Shown: in pieces, positions 39,676-54,229 of the stretch | How the letters are laid out: each line of letters opens with the position of its first letter | Numbering within the stretch: position 1 is the first letter of the stretch | Assembly: GCF_006345805.1 (NCBI RefSeq) | Contig: NC_042999.1 | Span: 38,750,001-38,814,000, forward strand | DNA from: Octopus sinensis | Taxonomy: Eukaryota | Direction: 5' to 3' | DNA length: 64,000 nucleotides | Translations under genes and position numbers: made by a program | The notes under the pieces: generated by a model | Databases searched by the model: none | Told to the model about the DNA's origin: nothing | The model's input: the letters and a program-made list of their open reading frames with translations, nothing else

Positions 39676-40395
39676 AAATATGGTAAAGTAAAAGAATTCA
39701 CTTTACCACACACCGAACTTTTCAGAAATAGCAGCCAAAAATTTGGCTATTTCTTCAACTGCAAATAAAAGTCTCCAGACAATGCAACTCAGAAAAATAA
39801 CTCACATAGGTATAAGGGAAAAACAATGAAAGATCACATCCATATACGATACCCGAGGACAGTCTGTTTCTGGATTTGTGGGTGGGTAAAAGCCACTTTT
39901 CCTTCATCAGCTCAGATATTTCTTCTGATTTAGATTTGAAAATACTAAGAATCAAACATACCCGTCCGATATCTGTAACATCGGACACAAACCATGCCAG
40001 ACACCCAGTACTAGCGAATCCAAAAATACGATGAGATCTTTATTCTCCCTGTCCGCCCACGTGAGTCATAGAGCATTCCATTTCTACAGAGTAAAAACTG
40101 CAGTTCAAATTCTTGGAGAGAAAGCATTATATTGTTATCAAAAAAGGGGGTCGAATTAATTAATATTAATAAATTCGGACCAAGCAGTATTCGGTATGTA
40201 AAGACCATTTACGGTATATTTGAGTATTATTAGTTTTAAAAATATGGTAAGTAAAAGAATTCACTTTACCACACACCGAAATTTTCAGAAATGGCAGCCA
40301 AAAATTTGGCTATTTCTCTCAACTGCAAATAAAAGTCTCCAGACAATGCATACTCAGAAAAATAACTCACATAGGTATAAGGGAAAAACAATGAA
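39676..40395 (-). mobile_element. PLE terminal repeat, tandem partial + longer copy
   Basis: The ~155-bp segment 39676-39835 is repeated at 40243-40395. It contains the PLE-end motif and the hammerhead at 39851-39917. Confidence 0.65.
39851..39917 (-). ncRNA. Minimal type I hammerhead ribozyme motif
   Basis: Minus strand: AUCUGAG-CUGAUGA-A GGA[...]UCC A-GAA-ACAG A CUGU-C-CUCGGGU. Stem I is 7 bp with two G-U pairs, stem III is quasi-palindromic, and the triplet is GUC. Confidence 0.72.
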
Positions 40396-40495
40396 NNNNN
40401 NNNNNNNNNNNNNNNNNNNNNNNNNNNNNNNNNNNNNNNNNNNNNNNNNNNNNNNNNNNNNNNNNNNNNNNNNNNNNNNNNNNNNNNNNNNNNNN
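40396..40495. other. Assembly gap (100 N)
   Basis: Run of exactly 100 N. Confidence 1.
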
Positions 40496-40991
40496 AGCCT
40501 ATTCCTGGGTTCGACCCGTTCGACTAAAGGCTGTGCTCCAGTATGGCAACAGTAAAATGAGTGAGACAAATAAAAGAATACAAGAATATACATATATTGT
40601 TATATTTCGGGATGATCTTCATTTTATTTTATTTTTATGCCAAATAAGCACAAGCAATAAATATTCGCTCTTCACATTAGGTTTATTTTATTGTCTGGAA
40701 ATTATGAGTCAAAAATATTGTAACCTTTTCAGCGACACTCTATCTCAAGTGTCTCCTCTTGTCTTGTTTAGTCCATATTTATGTCTATATGTATGTATCC
40801 ATGTATGAATGTACTATTGTGGATGTGTGTAGGAAATGATGTCTTCTTTAAAGGATATGTAGACATCTTTTTGCATGCTTCTAAATCTTTTATTTTTCAC
40901 TTGATCCAATCATTGGGCGACAGCCATGCTGGAGCATCGCATCGAGGATGTAAGCAAACCAACATCAACTGACAATCACTTATACACACAC

Positions 40992-41026
<35 letters not shown>

Positions 41027-42619
41027 CATGCACAAGCGCACGCACACAAACACATACAACACACACACACACACACGTCACGAGTAACTATAAATAAGCA
41101 TTATTTTATTCATGCAATCCATTGAAGATAATGCTAAAGTTTTGGATTATGTGTATTCTGTACCAGCGCCATGGTGCAAATATTTGTTATTAAACATATT
41201 GAGCGTTCAAGTGTTAAATTGTAAAAGATTAAAAAAACAAACAAACTAGAGTTAACGTAAATTTAATAGGGATGTTTCTTTGATATAATATTATTGCGTG
41301 ACCCGATTGTCTAACTTTATGTGTTAATAGGTATTAAAAGTATTATTGTATGAAATATACTTTATGCATGAGAGATAAATGTTTCCCCCAAATAATATGA
41401 CATTAATAAACCAATAAATCAGTAAATTTTGAAATTTTGTTTTAATCTGGCTTAAGTGTTATTGTTTGTTTGTTTCCTTCATAAGCTATTAGAGAAATGA
41501 TAAAATATATTAGGTATAGATAATTTCATGTAATGCATAATAAGAAATATAATGTTTTAAATGCCTCTTGAGGCCAGCAGGCATACATTTTATATTCATT
41601 TCATTGTAATAATAATTCATAACGCTTAATTTGATAAAGCTATGGTATATAAAGCGACGTAGACTTACAGTTATAAAATGATGCTATATGTTACGTTAGA
41701 ATGCAAATATAAATCATTTTTCATGTAATTATATATTAAGTTAACTTAAAATGTAGAAAGCACCGCAATTTCTTTTTCCAGATATCAACATCTTGAGGGC
41801 AAGTGAATTAATTTTACTGGCATATGTATTTTATATAAGCACAATCTTCAATATACTATCACTGTATTCATCATTGAGGTTCATGGACTGATGCATGAAT
41901 ATACGCATTGACACAATGACTCAGGCATACATACAAACACGCACACACATATATATATATACATACACACACGCGCACATGTATATATATATATATATAT
42001 ATTATATAATATATATAATATTATATATATATATATTATATATATATAATATATAATTTATATATATACACGTTACCATTTTCGATATCATTTATACAAT
42101 CGACCTCCATAATTTTAATATAGATTCCATAATTGATCATAATAGTCGGAGTTATTGATATTATTAAAATCTAAAAGAGACTTTTCAAAATGAAAACACT
42201 AAATTATAATGTTTACAAAAATAAGACGAAAATGAACGTAGTGCATCTTTATTAAAATTGAATTTTAATTTCATCTTACCAACTAAATTATATTTTTATA
42301 GCATATTCATAATATCCATTTAGCTTAAAGATACAATTATGTGTATACCCAAAACTATTAACTATATATTAACTATATTCGAAATACATCAGAGTAGTCT
42401 TTTGCATACTAAACAGATATCTAATGGAGTTTGTCTCACGTGAGACAGGAGAATGAAAAATCATAGATCAACTAAATCGTTCATATACAGTAATCCTACG
42501 TCATATCGCAGTTCACCTCTCGTGGTTTATCATTTAAGCTTACGTCGATTACTCCCTGTTGTTGTTTTGCATTTATAATAAAATAAATATACATAAATTG
42601 TTGAAATAAAATAAAAACA

Positions 42620-42759
42620 GTAGGCGTAGGAGTGGCTGTGTGGTAAGTAGCTTGCTAACCAACCACATTGTTCCGGGTTCAGTCCCACTGCCTGGTATCT
42701 TGGGCAACCAATGCCTGTGAGTGGATTTAGTAGACGGATACTGAAAGAAGCCTGTCGTA

Positions 42760-42846
<87 letters not shown>

Positions 42847-43078
42847 ATATATGTATGTGTGTATGTTTGTGTGTCTGTGTTTGTCCTCCTAGCATTGCTT
42901 GACAACTGATGCTGGTGTCTTTACGCCCCGTCACTTAGCGGTTCGACAAAAAGAGACCGATAGAATAAGTACTGGGCTTACAAAGCATAAGTCCGGGGTC
43001 GATTTGCTCGCTTAAAGGCGGTGCTCCAGCATGGCTGCAGTCAAATGACTGAAACAAGTAAAATAGTAAAAAGAGAGT
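42620..43078 (+). mobile_element. SINE family A with internal deletion and expanded internal microsatellite
   Basis: The head is intact. cttgggcaa is joined directly to ccaatgcctgtgagtgg (~30 nt missing versus other copies). The full tail is present. Confidence 0.92.
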
Positions 43079-43646
43079 ACAATCCTGTTTCTACTTCACC
43101 TATCACGTGGGATTTCGGAACGTAACAGCCGCGATAGTAACACACCCTACCCATCTCTCCTCCTTCCACGTTACCGGTGTCCGGTCATCTACGATCTTTC
43201 CTTCTTGGCCTGACCGCCGCTCGCCAAGACCTCTTACGTCCATGTCTTATGTTACTGCATTTAGGCTTTTCATCCACGGCAGCTCAATTTGATTCGTTCT
43301 CTGTCGAAAGACACCTGATGTTATTTCCTTGTTATTTATATTCGTAATTCCGTAACATGTTCTCCGTTTTCTGTCTTTGTTGTAAACATTCGCTAGCTTT
43401 CTTACAAAGGGTCATATTCCCTTAGCTTAGACATTTTGGGGGACAACAAGATCGAACCATCTCAAGTGGAACTGCCCGAAATCGTCGTGACGTCTGGTAC
43501 TTGACTGAAGAAAGAAGGCCACGAATGACCCTCTTTTTTGTCTGCCCCTCTTATCGCTGTTTCTTTTGTATGACTTTGTATCGTCTATCTGTCCAAATGT
43601 TTTTATTTTCCTCGATTGCGTTTTTCTTCCATATATAATATATATT

Positions 43647-43697
<51 letters not shown>

Positions 43698-43740
43698 TTG
43701 TGTGTACGTCTATATAAATATATATATATAAATATATATA

Positions 43741-43781
<41 letters not shown>

Positions 43782-45189
43782 ATACATACATAGATATATT
43801 CATATGTTTGTATATACATATATAGACGTAAAGATGTAAACACTCCTCACACACATACATATACGTATATAGATACATGCATGCATGCACGCATGTATGC
43901 ATGTTTGTATTTATATATATATGTATATAGATATCAGAAATATGTAAGACAGACAAAACTCGGCTAACAAAATGAAGTAGTTTGTACGGTATTTAACAGT
44001 TGCTCTACGGCATCGATTTTTCTTCGTAAACAAACGTTAAAAAGAAAAAAAATATTACGGAGATTGTATTGCAGGCTGTTGTCTAAGCTATTTGATTAGT
44101 AACAACGATAACATTCAGTCGATTTACCTCTCAGCGACTGATTATTTCAGTTCAAATAGAACAACCAATTACATAGCGGCAATAATTTATTCATTTTATT
44201 GGAGTGAATATCCTTACACACTAGGATTACTGTTTGACGATATCAACAGCTAATTAGATGATATCCTTACTATTAAATTTGATGGATTGCGTCAATACGC
44301 TGGGAGATATCTTGCTGTAATTTTTTTTCTGTTTCATTTGATTCCGTATATATTTTCATAGAAAGACGAAAACAACTTAACGATGTTATACATTTCCTTC
44401 TAGCTGTATAATTTGAGCAATACCAGTCTCTATGTATAACTCTGTATGTCTTTTGACTCCATTTTATATTGTTATTCTTATTTACATATTATTTATTTTT
44501 ATCAGTATATTTATCGGTTTTATGCACCCAATTGTTAACTTTCCTAGATATTTCTGTAAATTTGGCTTACACCAATATACGACAGATACATATACAATAC
44601 ACTAAAATGCATATAATAATATAGAAAAAGAAAACTATTTACACAAGTTGATCACTCTCTGTGATTGTGTCTATCTTAAATAAATATTATTATGCGTGAC
44701 AAAAGTCCTTAATAACTTTCAATATAATATATTGGATTTATTAAAAAGAAATTGGTGATATTGTTCAACAACATAAAAGTCAATAATAAGGAATCGTTTC
44801 ATCACAATAAAAGGATTAGACTGATTTCTTTTTAAGATAGTGAACGTGCAAGAGCCATGATAAATATATTGCAAACTGAGTGCAAATATATTAGAGTAGA
44901 AATCACCATGCTTGTATCTGATGATAAATTTTGATTTTTATTTGTCAGGAAATTGTCCGATGTTGGTATTAAAGAATAAAATTTAATATATAACATATAT
45001 GTTCTAAAATGAATGAAAAAGAATTATATACAATTGCCGGCGCCTAGAAAATTTAAGAACATCGTAATTAGTAAAAAAAAGAACCAACTTATTTATATAT
45101 GTCAATACTCAGAATCGTTACTTTTCCTTTCGTTATGTTTGCCTACCTTGTAATAACGGCGACGATTCAAAGAGTCACATATACATTAC

Positions 45190-45386
45190 ATCAACATTGA
45201 TTTGGGTTCAGTCCCACAGCGTGACACCTCGGACAGGGGTTTTCTACTCTATCTACGGGTCGGCGAAAGAGTTGTGAAAGGATTTGGTAGGCGGTAAATG
45301 AAAGAAGCATGTAAATGTGCACACACACACAGATGCACATACACACATATATACATATATGTATATATATATATATATGTGTGTGT

Positions 45387-45451
<65 letters not shown>

Positions 45452-45600
45452 ATGTTTGTTCACGTCCACATCCGTTTCGGCAACAGAACATTACAATAAG
45501 TATGAGGCCTGAAAAATGATAAGTAGTAGGGACGAATTGGTGAAACTACTCAAGGTAAGGGCATGGCATGACTGCTAACCAATGAGTGAAACAAGGTAAA
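45190..45600 (+). mobile_element. Diverged SINE family A
   Basis: gggttcagtcccacagcgtg...ggatttggtaggcgg...tgagtgaaacaaggtaaaa. Confidence 0.7.
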
Positions 45601-45966
45601 AATGATACTCTTTTGATAATTAACACATGCGTTATTGCTTCAGTTGTGCAACAGGTTGGAAACAGCAAAAAAATAAGCCCTCTTAAATCATATTTAACTG
45701 TCTCGGAAATGAAGGATCGCCACATAGGTTAAGGTTACTGTAGTAGGTGTAAAAGTCGATGGTCAGAATTCGAAATTCTTTGAATTAGGCTTCGGCTCAA
45801 GCACACCTGATGTGAGGCTGGAAATTAATAATACGAGTGTGTGTCTGCTTTGCAGGTCTCTAATTTTATAACAAATTAAAATTTAAGTCATACGAATGGT
45901 GAACGAAAAGAAGCAAGGATAATCCAAACAATAATTTACGTATTCATTCTTTATACGTTCTGACAG

Positions 45967-46240
45967 ATTCGAACGTGAACGACTAATCGCTGTCGTTTCT
46001 CTCAGCGGAGAACGTATCTTCCATTTAGATGCATGCGCTGTTCGCACAGAATCCACTAGTTTATCGTTGTACGGGGACTTAGCGGCACCGTGCAGATTAA
46101 ATAGATTGTTTCCCCATTTCTATAGTGAAGATTTCGGGTTATTGTCAAATTCAGCGGTCGGGCTGTGGGGTGGCTTCAACTGGCGGGAACAAACAGCGAA
46201 GGCGAAACACTTAACAACCACAGTTCACTTACTCTGGTGA
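45967..46240 (+). CDS. Candidate terminal coding exon (90 stop-free codons, unknown product)
   Basis: Acceptor attctttatacgttctgacag|, then A TTC GAA CGT... reading FERERLIAVVSLSGERIFHLDACAVRTESTSLSLYGDLAAPCRLNRLFPHFYSEDFGLLSNSAVGLWGGFNWREQTAKAKHLTTTVHLLW*. It is a CpG-rich island unlike its flanks, with AATAAA at 46439 and 46461. No homology was recognised. Confidence 0.3.
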
Positions 46241-47139
46241 ACTAGTGATAAATAGAGGTTATGAACACGCATCGCATTATAAAGCGTGAGGTATTCTTCG
46301 GTGATGAAAAACAGAGGCGAACTGATATTCATGTTAGATGCTACCAAAAAATATCAAGATTGAATACGTTGAATGCATTATTGAATATATAATTCTGTGA
46401 TACTAACGAAATTTAAGAGATTATGGGACTTTTGTCAGAATAAAGAAACTCATATTACACAATAAAAAATAACTCTTTCTGAAGAATGAAATCAATATTA
46501 CCAGTAAGATGCGTAATTCTCATGTGAATATGTCGGGAACATATATATATATATATATAAACACACATACAAAGGCACACATGCATTTAGACGCGCTCGC
46601 ACACACACTCACACATTATATACGCACATACCAGACACACAATCTGTCACACATGCACATATATCATATATATATCTCTATCAACAGCTATATGTACACA
46701 TTTGTGTAGGTATGGGTGTATTTGCCTGGGCATATGTGAGTGTATTTCCTTCAGTATATTGTGTATATGTGCGTGTGTTTCTCAGTGGTTTTCCAATCTT
46801 AGCAATCGTTGTTTAAAAATAATTGAAAGTATTCATCGGGGATTTACAGATGCCTTAGAAGACGTTAATGTTTAAAGAAATAGACATGACAAATGCGAAT
46901 ATAGTGTGTTTGAAAACAATTTATTTTTAAGCTGCTATGAGTCTTTAATTCACTATAGAGTACATTCTGACACTATCTATTTCCATTCGGGTGAATTTAA
47001 CTTGAATATGTATGGGTTCTTAAAGCTTCAATATTACCTAGTTATAAAATCTTTATTCCAGCAGACCGTGCCCACTTCTACAGACTACAGCTAGAGAATG
47101 AAACATAAGCTTAGACTGAAATTCAGAAGCATACAAAAC

Positions 47140-47219
<80 letters not shown>

Positions 47220-48576
47220 TATATGTATATATATGTATATATATGTACATATATGCATACATACATACATACACACACACACATATATATATATATATAT
47301 GTATATACATTGACACATACACACGTAAAAAACAATACATAACTATGTATATATGTGCGCATGCGTGTTTTTTATATACATGTTACTTTATATCTTCTGA
47401 ATCATTACTGTTTCACGTCCATTTTCTACTTCACGAAATCATTTTACCGTTTCGTTTTATTGTTTTATCTAACCTTCATCTCATCTTAACGTTCTCAGTT
47501 ATGATACCAATATGTTAGAACATCTCAACTTAATATCGAGATGACAAGTAAAACAAAATACATTACAGTTTTCGATACTTTATAACTTTCCTGATTAAAT
47601 TTTTCTTCAGAATGTCCCTCATCAATTAGCACTTCTTTGCTTTTAAAACTTTCTTAGTCTTTCGTGTATGTGGAAATATTAGACAATATCGATCTAAATA
47701 ATAAATGTTTAATTTAACAAAGCTAGGCCTGGTGAGATGTTATAATAGGCTATACAGATATCACAACTTGACTAATGTTTACCATATTAATTCATGATTT
47801 AAAGTTCAATTCAGAAAATGGTAAGCTGTTTTGTCTGATGCAGTGCCAGTTGTACAGAACTAAAGATATGACATACTGATAAAACAATAATTTTCAAGAA
47901 GTGGTGAGTTACATGTTGCTATATTCTTGTCTAAGTCTAGTATTGCACCATGTTAGCCAATGTATTTATCTCAACAAGAGTAATAATTGTTTTACTTCAT
48001 AATATTAACTAAAACATTGCATTGATATATTACGAAAGAAAGTCTAACATGATCAATTCCATAAAATATATAAAAGCATTCGGCCAATTTGCTACAAGAA
48101 GATTATATACATTCATACATGCATTTATATATATATAAGTAAATGTATATACAAACATACATATATATATATATATATATGTATATGTATTATATATATA
48201 TATATATATATATCAAAATAAGCACCAGGATATCAAGTAATGATGCAGTACGACCCTTTCAAGCGGCTCTATGTAATTGAACAATGCAATCATTACATCA
48301 ATTTAAATGAAGTGCCATCTTCAGCTGCGCAGAGAAATAAGTAGAATGTTAATCAGTAGGACACATTAATGTACTATTTTTCAAATATTTTAACAGAACT
48401 AGAAGGTGGAAGAAAATCATGTTGTCGCTAATGTAACTAAAAATAGACTACACTTCCAAGACTCGCTGAAGCCTATTGGGGTCATAATGTTGTAAAGGAT
48501 AGTAATTCGTTTCTAATTCATTTATCTCTTTATCAACTACTACATCTAAGAGTAGACGACTGTGTCTGGTTTGAAT

Positions 48577-48897
48577 GAAAAGACTCCGCCGGTTACGACG
48601 ACGAGGGTCCCAGCTGATACGATCAACGGAATAGCTTGCTCGTGAAATTAACGTGCAAATGGCTGAGCATTCCACAGACACGTGTACCCTTAACGTAGTT
48701 CTCGGGGATAATCAGCGTGACACAGAGAGTGACAAGGCTGACCCTTTGAAATACAAGTACAACTCATTTTTGCCAGCTGAGTGGACTGGAGCAACGTGAA
48801 ATAAAGTGTCTTGTTCAAGGACACAACGCGTCGCCGGGAATCGAACTCACAACCTTACGATCATGAGCCGAATGCCCTAACCACTAAGCCACGCGCC
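48577..48897 (-). mobile_element. Intact tRNA-headed CORE-type SINE (family B) with 11-bp target-site duplication
   Basis: Minus strand: ggcgcgtggcttagtggttagg (A box), gagttcgattccc (B box), gtgtccttgaacaagacac (CORE-like). The TSD ctggtttgaat lies at 48566-48576 and 48898-48908. Confidence 0.92.
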
Positions 48898-49110
48898 CTG
48901 GTTTGAATAAAGAACAAGAGTTGATCGCTCGTGGCTAGGTATGGTCAAAAATATTGTCATATGCATCCCTTTTCCTCAGGGAGGAAAGAAAACATGCTAG
49001 GTTTCTTAGCGCCTTGCCCATTTAACTTGTAATTAACATCATGATTAAAGTCTTCCACTACTCAGCCTGTGTTTATAGACAGTTACTTTATATCAAGTTG
49101 ATTATCATTA

Positions 49111-49165
<55 letters not shown>

Positions 49166-49948
49166 AAAAAGAAGTTTGAAAACGCCACTATAAGATAAAT
49201 TTTAATTTTCTTAGAGATTTTACATGTTCTTGAAAAAACGAACCTTATCAAAAATATTTTTAAAAGTGAAGTGTAATAAAAAAAAGTTCATAATTGTTTC
49301 CTACTTGTCCCAGGAGTGTGACAAAAGAACTCTGGCCGAAACAAGATTAAGCTTAATGTAAAAAATAAATAACACTGAAGCAAAGTAACACCAAATATAT
49401 ATTGGCTAAACTGACAAAATGACCATTCCGAAATACAACAATATCTGTTTCAACACTGGACGTCACATAAAGAAAATCTTGCACAACAAATATATAAACG
49501 TATATATATATATACGATGTATAAAGATAGAAAGATAGATAAATAAGCAATGTTTATAGACATTCTTATTAATAATACATACATGCCGTAATATATTACG
49601 CCTTGAGCGCCAGGCAAGTCGAACTACATTTCCTGTAATCAGCATTGCTGCACAGAGGAAAACCTAGATGTCTTGTTTCACTTCTTTATATACATGAGTG
49701 TCAAATAACGAAATTTGATTTCCACACAATGCATCTTCAACAAAAAAATGCCCTAAAAAAAGAAAGTTTATCTGGATTACATAGTGACCCACGCAACTCA
49801 TCGTTTAGGTTCAAAAGTTGATTAAACATTAAGAACGGAATATAGATATAAATATAAAAATATTTATTATGTATGCATGTGTGTATGTATGCATATATGT
49901 AATATAAATTACATATGGCGATATGGAAAAATTCCCTTCCTACACATA

Positions 49949-50042
<94 letters not shown>

Positions 50043-50044
50043 TA

Positions 50045-50107
<63 letters not shown>

Positions 50108-51408
50108 GTGTGTGTGTGTGTGTGGCGTGGTGTTTGTGTACGTTTGTTGTGTTTGTGTGTTTGTATGTATTGAAATATATATAAATTTAAAGTTAGATAA
50201 ATATTCAGATTTGACATATTTCAATAATTTTTATATAATCATAGACAGTAAACACTATAGAACTCTATATTACAGAATAATTAAATAAATCAAGTAAGAT
50301 ATATAAACAATAAATTCAGTAAAATTTGACACTTTTATGAAAACAAAATAACAAAAAAATAACAGAAGTGCTTTTCAGTTTTACTTTCTGTTTTACATGA
50401 AATGTTATTCTTCTTTTTCACATTTTTACTAATTTTATTTAAATTTCTTGCGGAAGAAATCAATCTCAATTAATTTAGTGCGATTACTTGTCAGTACATT
50501 CGATACATGTACTGTCAAGGAAAGTGTGTAAGTATACTGAAGTTAATACAACTAGTTTTAGGAATTATGGGACTATTGAACGAAATTAGAATATACAAAC
50601 ATATAAATACACACAAACGCACACACATATATATATGTAGGTAAATATATGTATGCACATGTCGGTATCGTTAAAATATATATATATATAATGATACATG
50701 TATATATATTTCTAATTGTGTATGTGTGTGTATGTGTGTGTGTAATATATTATGATAAATCAATAAACATAAATATATGACACCAAAGTTAGTTTATTTT
50801 CTTTCTGATCTCATTCAACAACTCTACCACCTGAAATAAATCTCAATAATATGCATTTTCTTAAAAAAATAAAAATAGTACAAATGTTGTATTGAATTTC
50901 TAACGAAAACGCTCTATTTTAAAATATATGATGTAAAGCAACTGTACAAATTACTAAGAATGACTAGCGCTTTTGTACTTGCCCACTGAGAATTAAAATA
51001 CCAATCTTTTAATGAAAGTATATATTTAGAGTTTTACTGCTTTGTGACCGGGGAAATCAAAGATGTAAATAGGATTTCACGTAATTTGTATTTATAGATT
51101 TTGAAATACAAGTATCTGATTCAGTCGCAGTGAGATTTCAAATTATACACTTCAAAAATGCCGACTATAAACAAAGAGAATGCGTGTGCTTATGTGCATG
51201 TCTGCGTACACATTCATACTCGTACAGACATACATATATGCGTGTGTGTGTATGTTTTTTTTTTCTCTCTATCTCTCTCTCTTTAAATATATATATATTA
51301 TATATATATATATATTATATATATATACTTACATGTATATATATATACACATATATACATATATTACATATATAAATATATATATATATGAATACATATA
51401 TTTGTTTT

Positions 51409-51582
51409 GTCTGGTGAGAGTAATTTTCTTTTTGTGCCTTATAAGTTAACATACCGGTAAAATTTCCATGTATTTCTTATTTCTTATTTTTGATTTAAAA
51501 ACTTAAAAAATAGAAATAAGTGGACATTTTACCGGTGTGTGTTAAATTATAAGGCACAAAAAGAAAATACCTCTCCCCAGAC
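51409..51582. repeat. Short fold-back (MITE-like) element, ~70-bp imperfect arms
   Basis: gtctggtgagagtaattttctttttgtgccttataa..accggtaaaat / attttaccggt..ttataaggcacaaaaagaaaatacctctccccagac. Confidence 0.75.
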
Positions 51583-51665
51583 ACAACAGAATATGCTTCA
51601 ACACACGAACTCACATAAAGAATCTTGAAAACAAATCCCAAAACGAAACCATACATATATATGCT

Positions 51666-51700
<35 letters not shown>

Positions 51701-52256
51701 ATATATATATATATATGCATATATATACATATACATATACATATATAGTTTATTTATATATATATGTACGTATACATATGCATATATGTATATCTATACA
51801 CATACCTATTACATATAGGTTACTTAAAATATGATTCTGACATATTTCAACTTTTAAAGGCAAATTTACTGCAGTTACCACGGAGAAAGAAAATTCTCTC
51901 TCATGGTAAAAAGTTGCAAAAATACAATAACTGCCCATTGCTGCCATGGTCGGATTCCTAAGTGTGTTTGTAACTCATTAACCGTTATTAATAGGAAATA
52001 CCGAGGAGAAGCTACTTTGGACATTCTTATTAAAGACTAAAGGATCTGCAGTATTATAGCATACACCTATAGTTGTTTATTACATAATGAATGTCGTTGT
52101 GGCATATATCGTGGTTCACCCTACGGACCTGTCAACGATGAGTGGATACATAAATGCTTTAACATCTTTGTCTTTTATATATCGTATTCTGTATTTTGTA
52201 TTTGAATATATCTGCGTCTCTACTTCTTTATACATATGTTATATATGTGCATATTC

Positions 52257-52333
<77 letters not shown>

Positions 52334-52966
52334 TGATATGGATATGTAACTCATATGCGTTTGTTTTCATTCATATATACATATACTCTCATTTGGCAGT
52401 GAAATGTCTTTGCTGCGAGTCGTTCAGAAGAACAATATCAGGCAGACATACGAATCAAATTGAGAAATAGAAATAAACACAACCAATATATTTTTCGATG
52501 TATACATCTGTCAAAAGATAAATATAAGGTCTTAGTGGCGTAGTTGGTTTCCTTGCGGATAGATTAATGATTGTCTCGATCAGAAAATTTGTTTTGTAGA
52601 ACAATATGTCTGAATAAAAATGACTTCTGTCACAAAAGATTGGCTCAATAATACATTATGCAATACTTTTACGGAAAGACTGAAATGGTATTTCAAACCT
52701 TGGATTAAGACTTGCTGAGACATGACATCTCTCCATCCCTTCTTTCTCTCTCTTTCGTTCTTTGTTTGTTTGTTTGTTTGTTTGTTTCTTTCTTTCGCTG
52801 TCCCTCTCTAAACATCATAGAGAACACACATACGTATAAGTATTCATGAATACAAATACAAAAACGAATACAGGATACGAATATAAATACAGAAGCAATC
52901 ACATGAAGGGGTCAAGGACACGCATTCACACAAGCGTGTGCTTGTTTGTTCGTGAATGATATTGCT

Positions 52967-53002
<36 letters not shown>

Positions 53003-53274
53003 TGTGTGTGTGCGTGTGTGTCTGTGTGTGTGTACTAAAAAATAACACAAACTGTAATATACATAAATCGTGTAAAATAGTGTGAATTTTTCATAGTTTG
53101 TTCAACAGATAATTTGAGAAAATATACATGTCTGTAGACAGAAATGTACACACATGCAAACGCACACATACATAATGCATACCATACATAAATGCATAAA
53201 TATATACATAACTACACACACACACACACACATACACACACACACACACACACAACACACACACAACCAAGCAC

Positions 53275-53350
<76 letters not shown>

Positions 53351-53353
53351 TAT

Positions 53354-53600
53354 TGTGCTGTGGTTAGAGCGTCCGGGTTGACAATCACGAGGTTGTGGGT
53401 TCGATTTCCGGACCGGGCTCTTTGAGCAAGACACTTATTTCACATTCCTCTAATTCATTCAGCTGTAGAAATGAGTTGCGACGTCATTGGTGCCAGGCTG
53501 TATCGGCATTTCCTTTTGATAATATCGTTGGCGTGGGGAGGCGAGTCGACTGCATGGGTGACGGCTGGTCTTCCGTAAACAACCTTGCCTCAAGGGGTAA
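53354..53600 (+). mobile_element. tRNA-headed CORE-type SINE (related head to family B, different body)
   Basis: tgtggttagagcg (A), gggttcgatttcc (B), ctttgagcaagacacttatttcac..cagctgtagaaatgagt. Confidence 0.8.
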
Positions 53601-53796
53601 TTTTCCAGGCGCATGTGTGTTTATATATGTATAACTTCGGTTGAGTTCCACCTGTTTTATATGGGATTTACACATACCCATTCTTGCAACTCAATATGCG
53701 CTACATAAATGTGTGAGGGAAGATTATGTTCTGAATATCGCAGGCATTCGTCGGTCTCGAGACACCATGGATCTGCGCCCGAAGGAACTGTGTCAG

Positions 53797-53942
53797 CTTC
53801 TTCTTCTTCTTCTTCTTCTTCTTCTTCTTCTTCTTCTTCTTCTTCTTCTTCTTCTTCTTCTTCTTCTTCTTCTTCTTCTTCTTCTTCTTCTTCTTCTTCT
53901 TCTTCTTCTTCTTCTTCTTCTTCTTCTTCTTCTTCTTCTTCC
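53797..53942. repeat. Perfect (CTT)n microsatellite, ~48 units
   Basis: Direct sequence; source of the poly-E/K/S/L ORFs. Confidence 0.99.
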
Positions 53943-54229
53943 AATTAGGTCTCATGCCATTAGCCACAAAGAATAATCTCTAAATCGAGCCTACTCTAAG
54001 TTACTAAGAATGCGAGTGGCAACTTCAAAATCCACCCACCACACGCAATAGACTGGCGATTGCTCGGGCGCGAAAGCTACGTTGTTATCCTCATTCCGTA
54101 AACGGTCTCTTGTAACGGGTGGAGAGCTGAACCGTCCTGTGGTACAGAGGATTCGCAATCTAGACTAGGGTCCGAAAGTTTACCACACTATAATGGGTTA
54201 CACCATGGTTCCTCTGCTTCGTAGCAGAA

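Noticed and set aside
45960-46165. Minus-strand reading resembling an Ig strand (NGETIYLICTVP..TIN*W)
   Set aside because: It has two in-frame stops and no second cysteine motif; probably coincidence.
47815-47826. AAAATG|gtaagc possible start-codon exon donor
   Set aside because: A single donor-like hexamer without a supported acceptor or downstream exon is expected by chance in 64 kb.
48830-48897. tRNA-like sequence with a CAT anticodon-like loop
   Set aside because: The T and acceptor stems do not pair, and it continues into a SINE body with a TSD, so it is a SINE head. The same applies to the heads at 53354 and 54410.
49338-49360. GAAAC...GTA with a palindromic insert
   Set aside because: It would be only the 3' half of a hammerhead; no CUGANGA core lies upstream.
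53641-53976. Poly-E, poly-K, poly-S and poly-L ORFs
   Set aside because: All are frames of one (CTT)n microsatellite.
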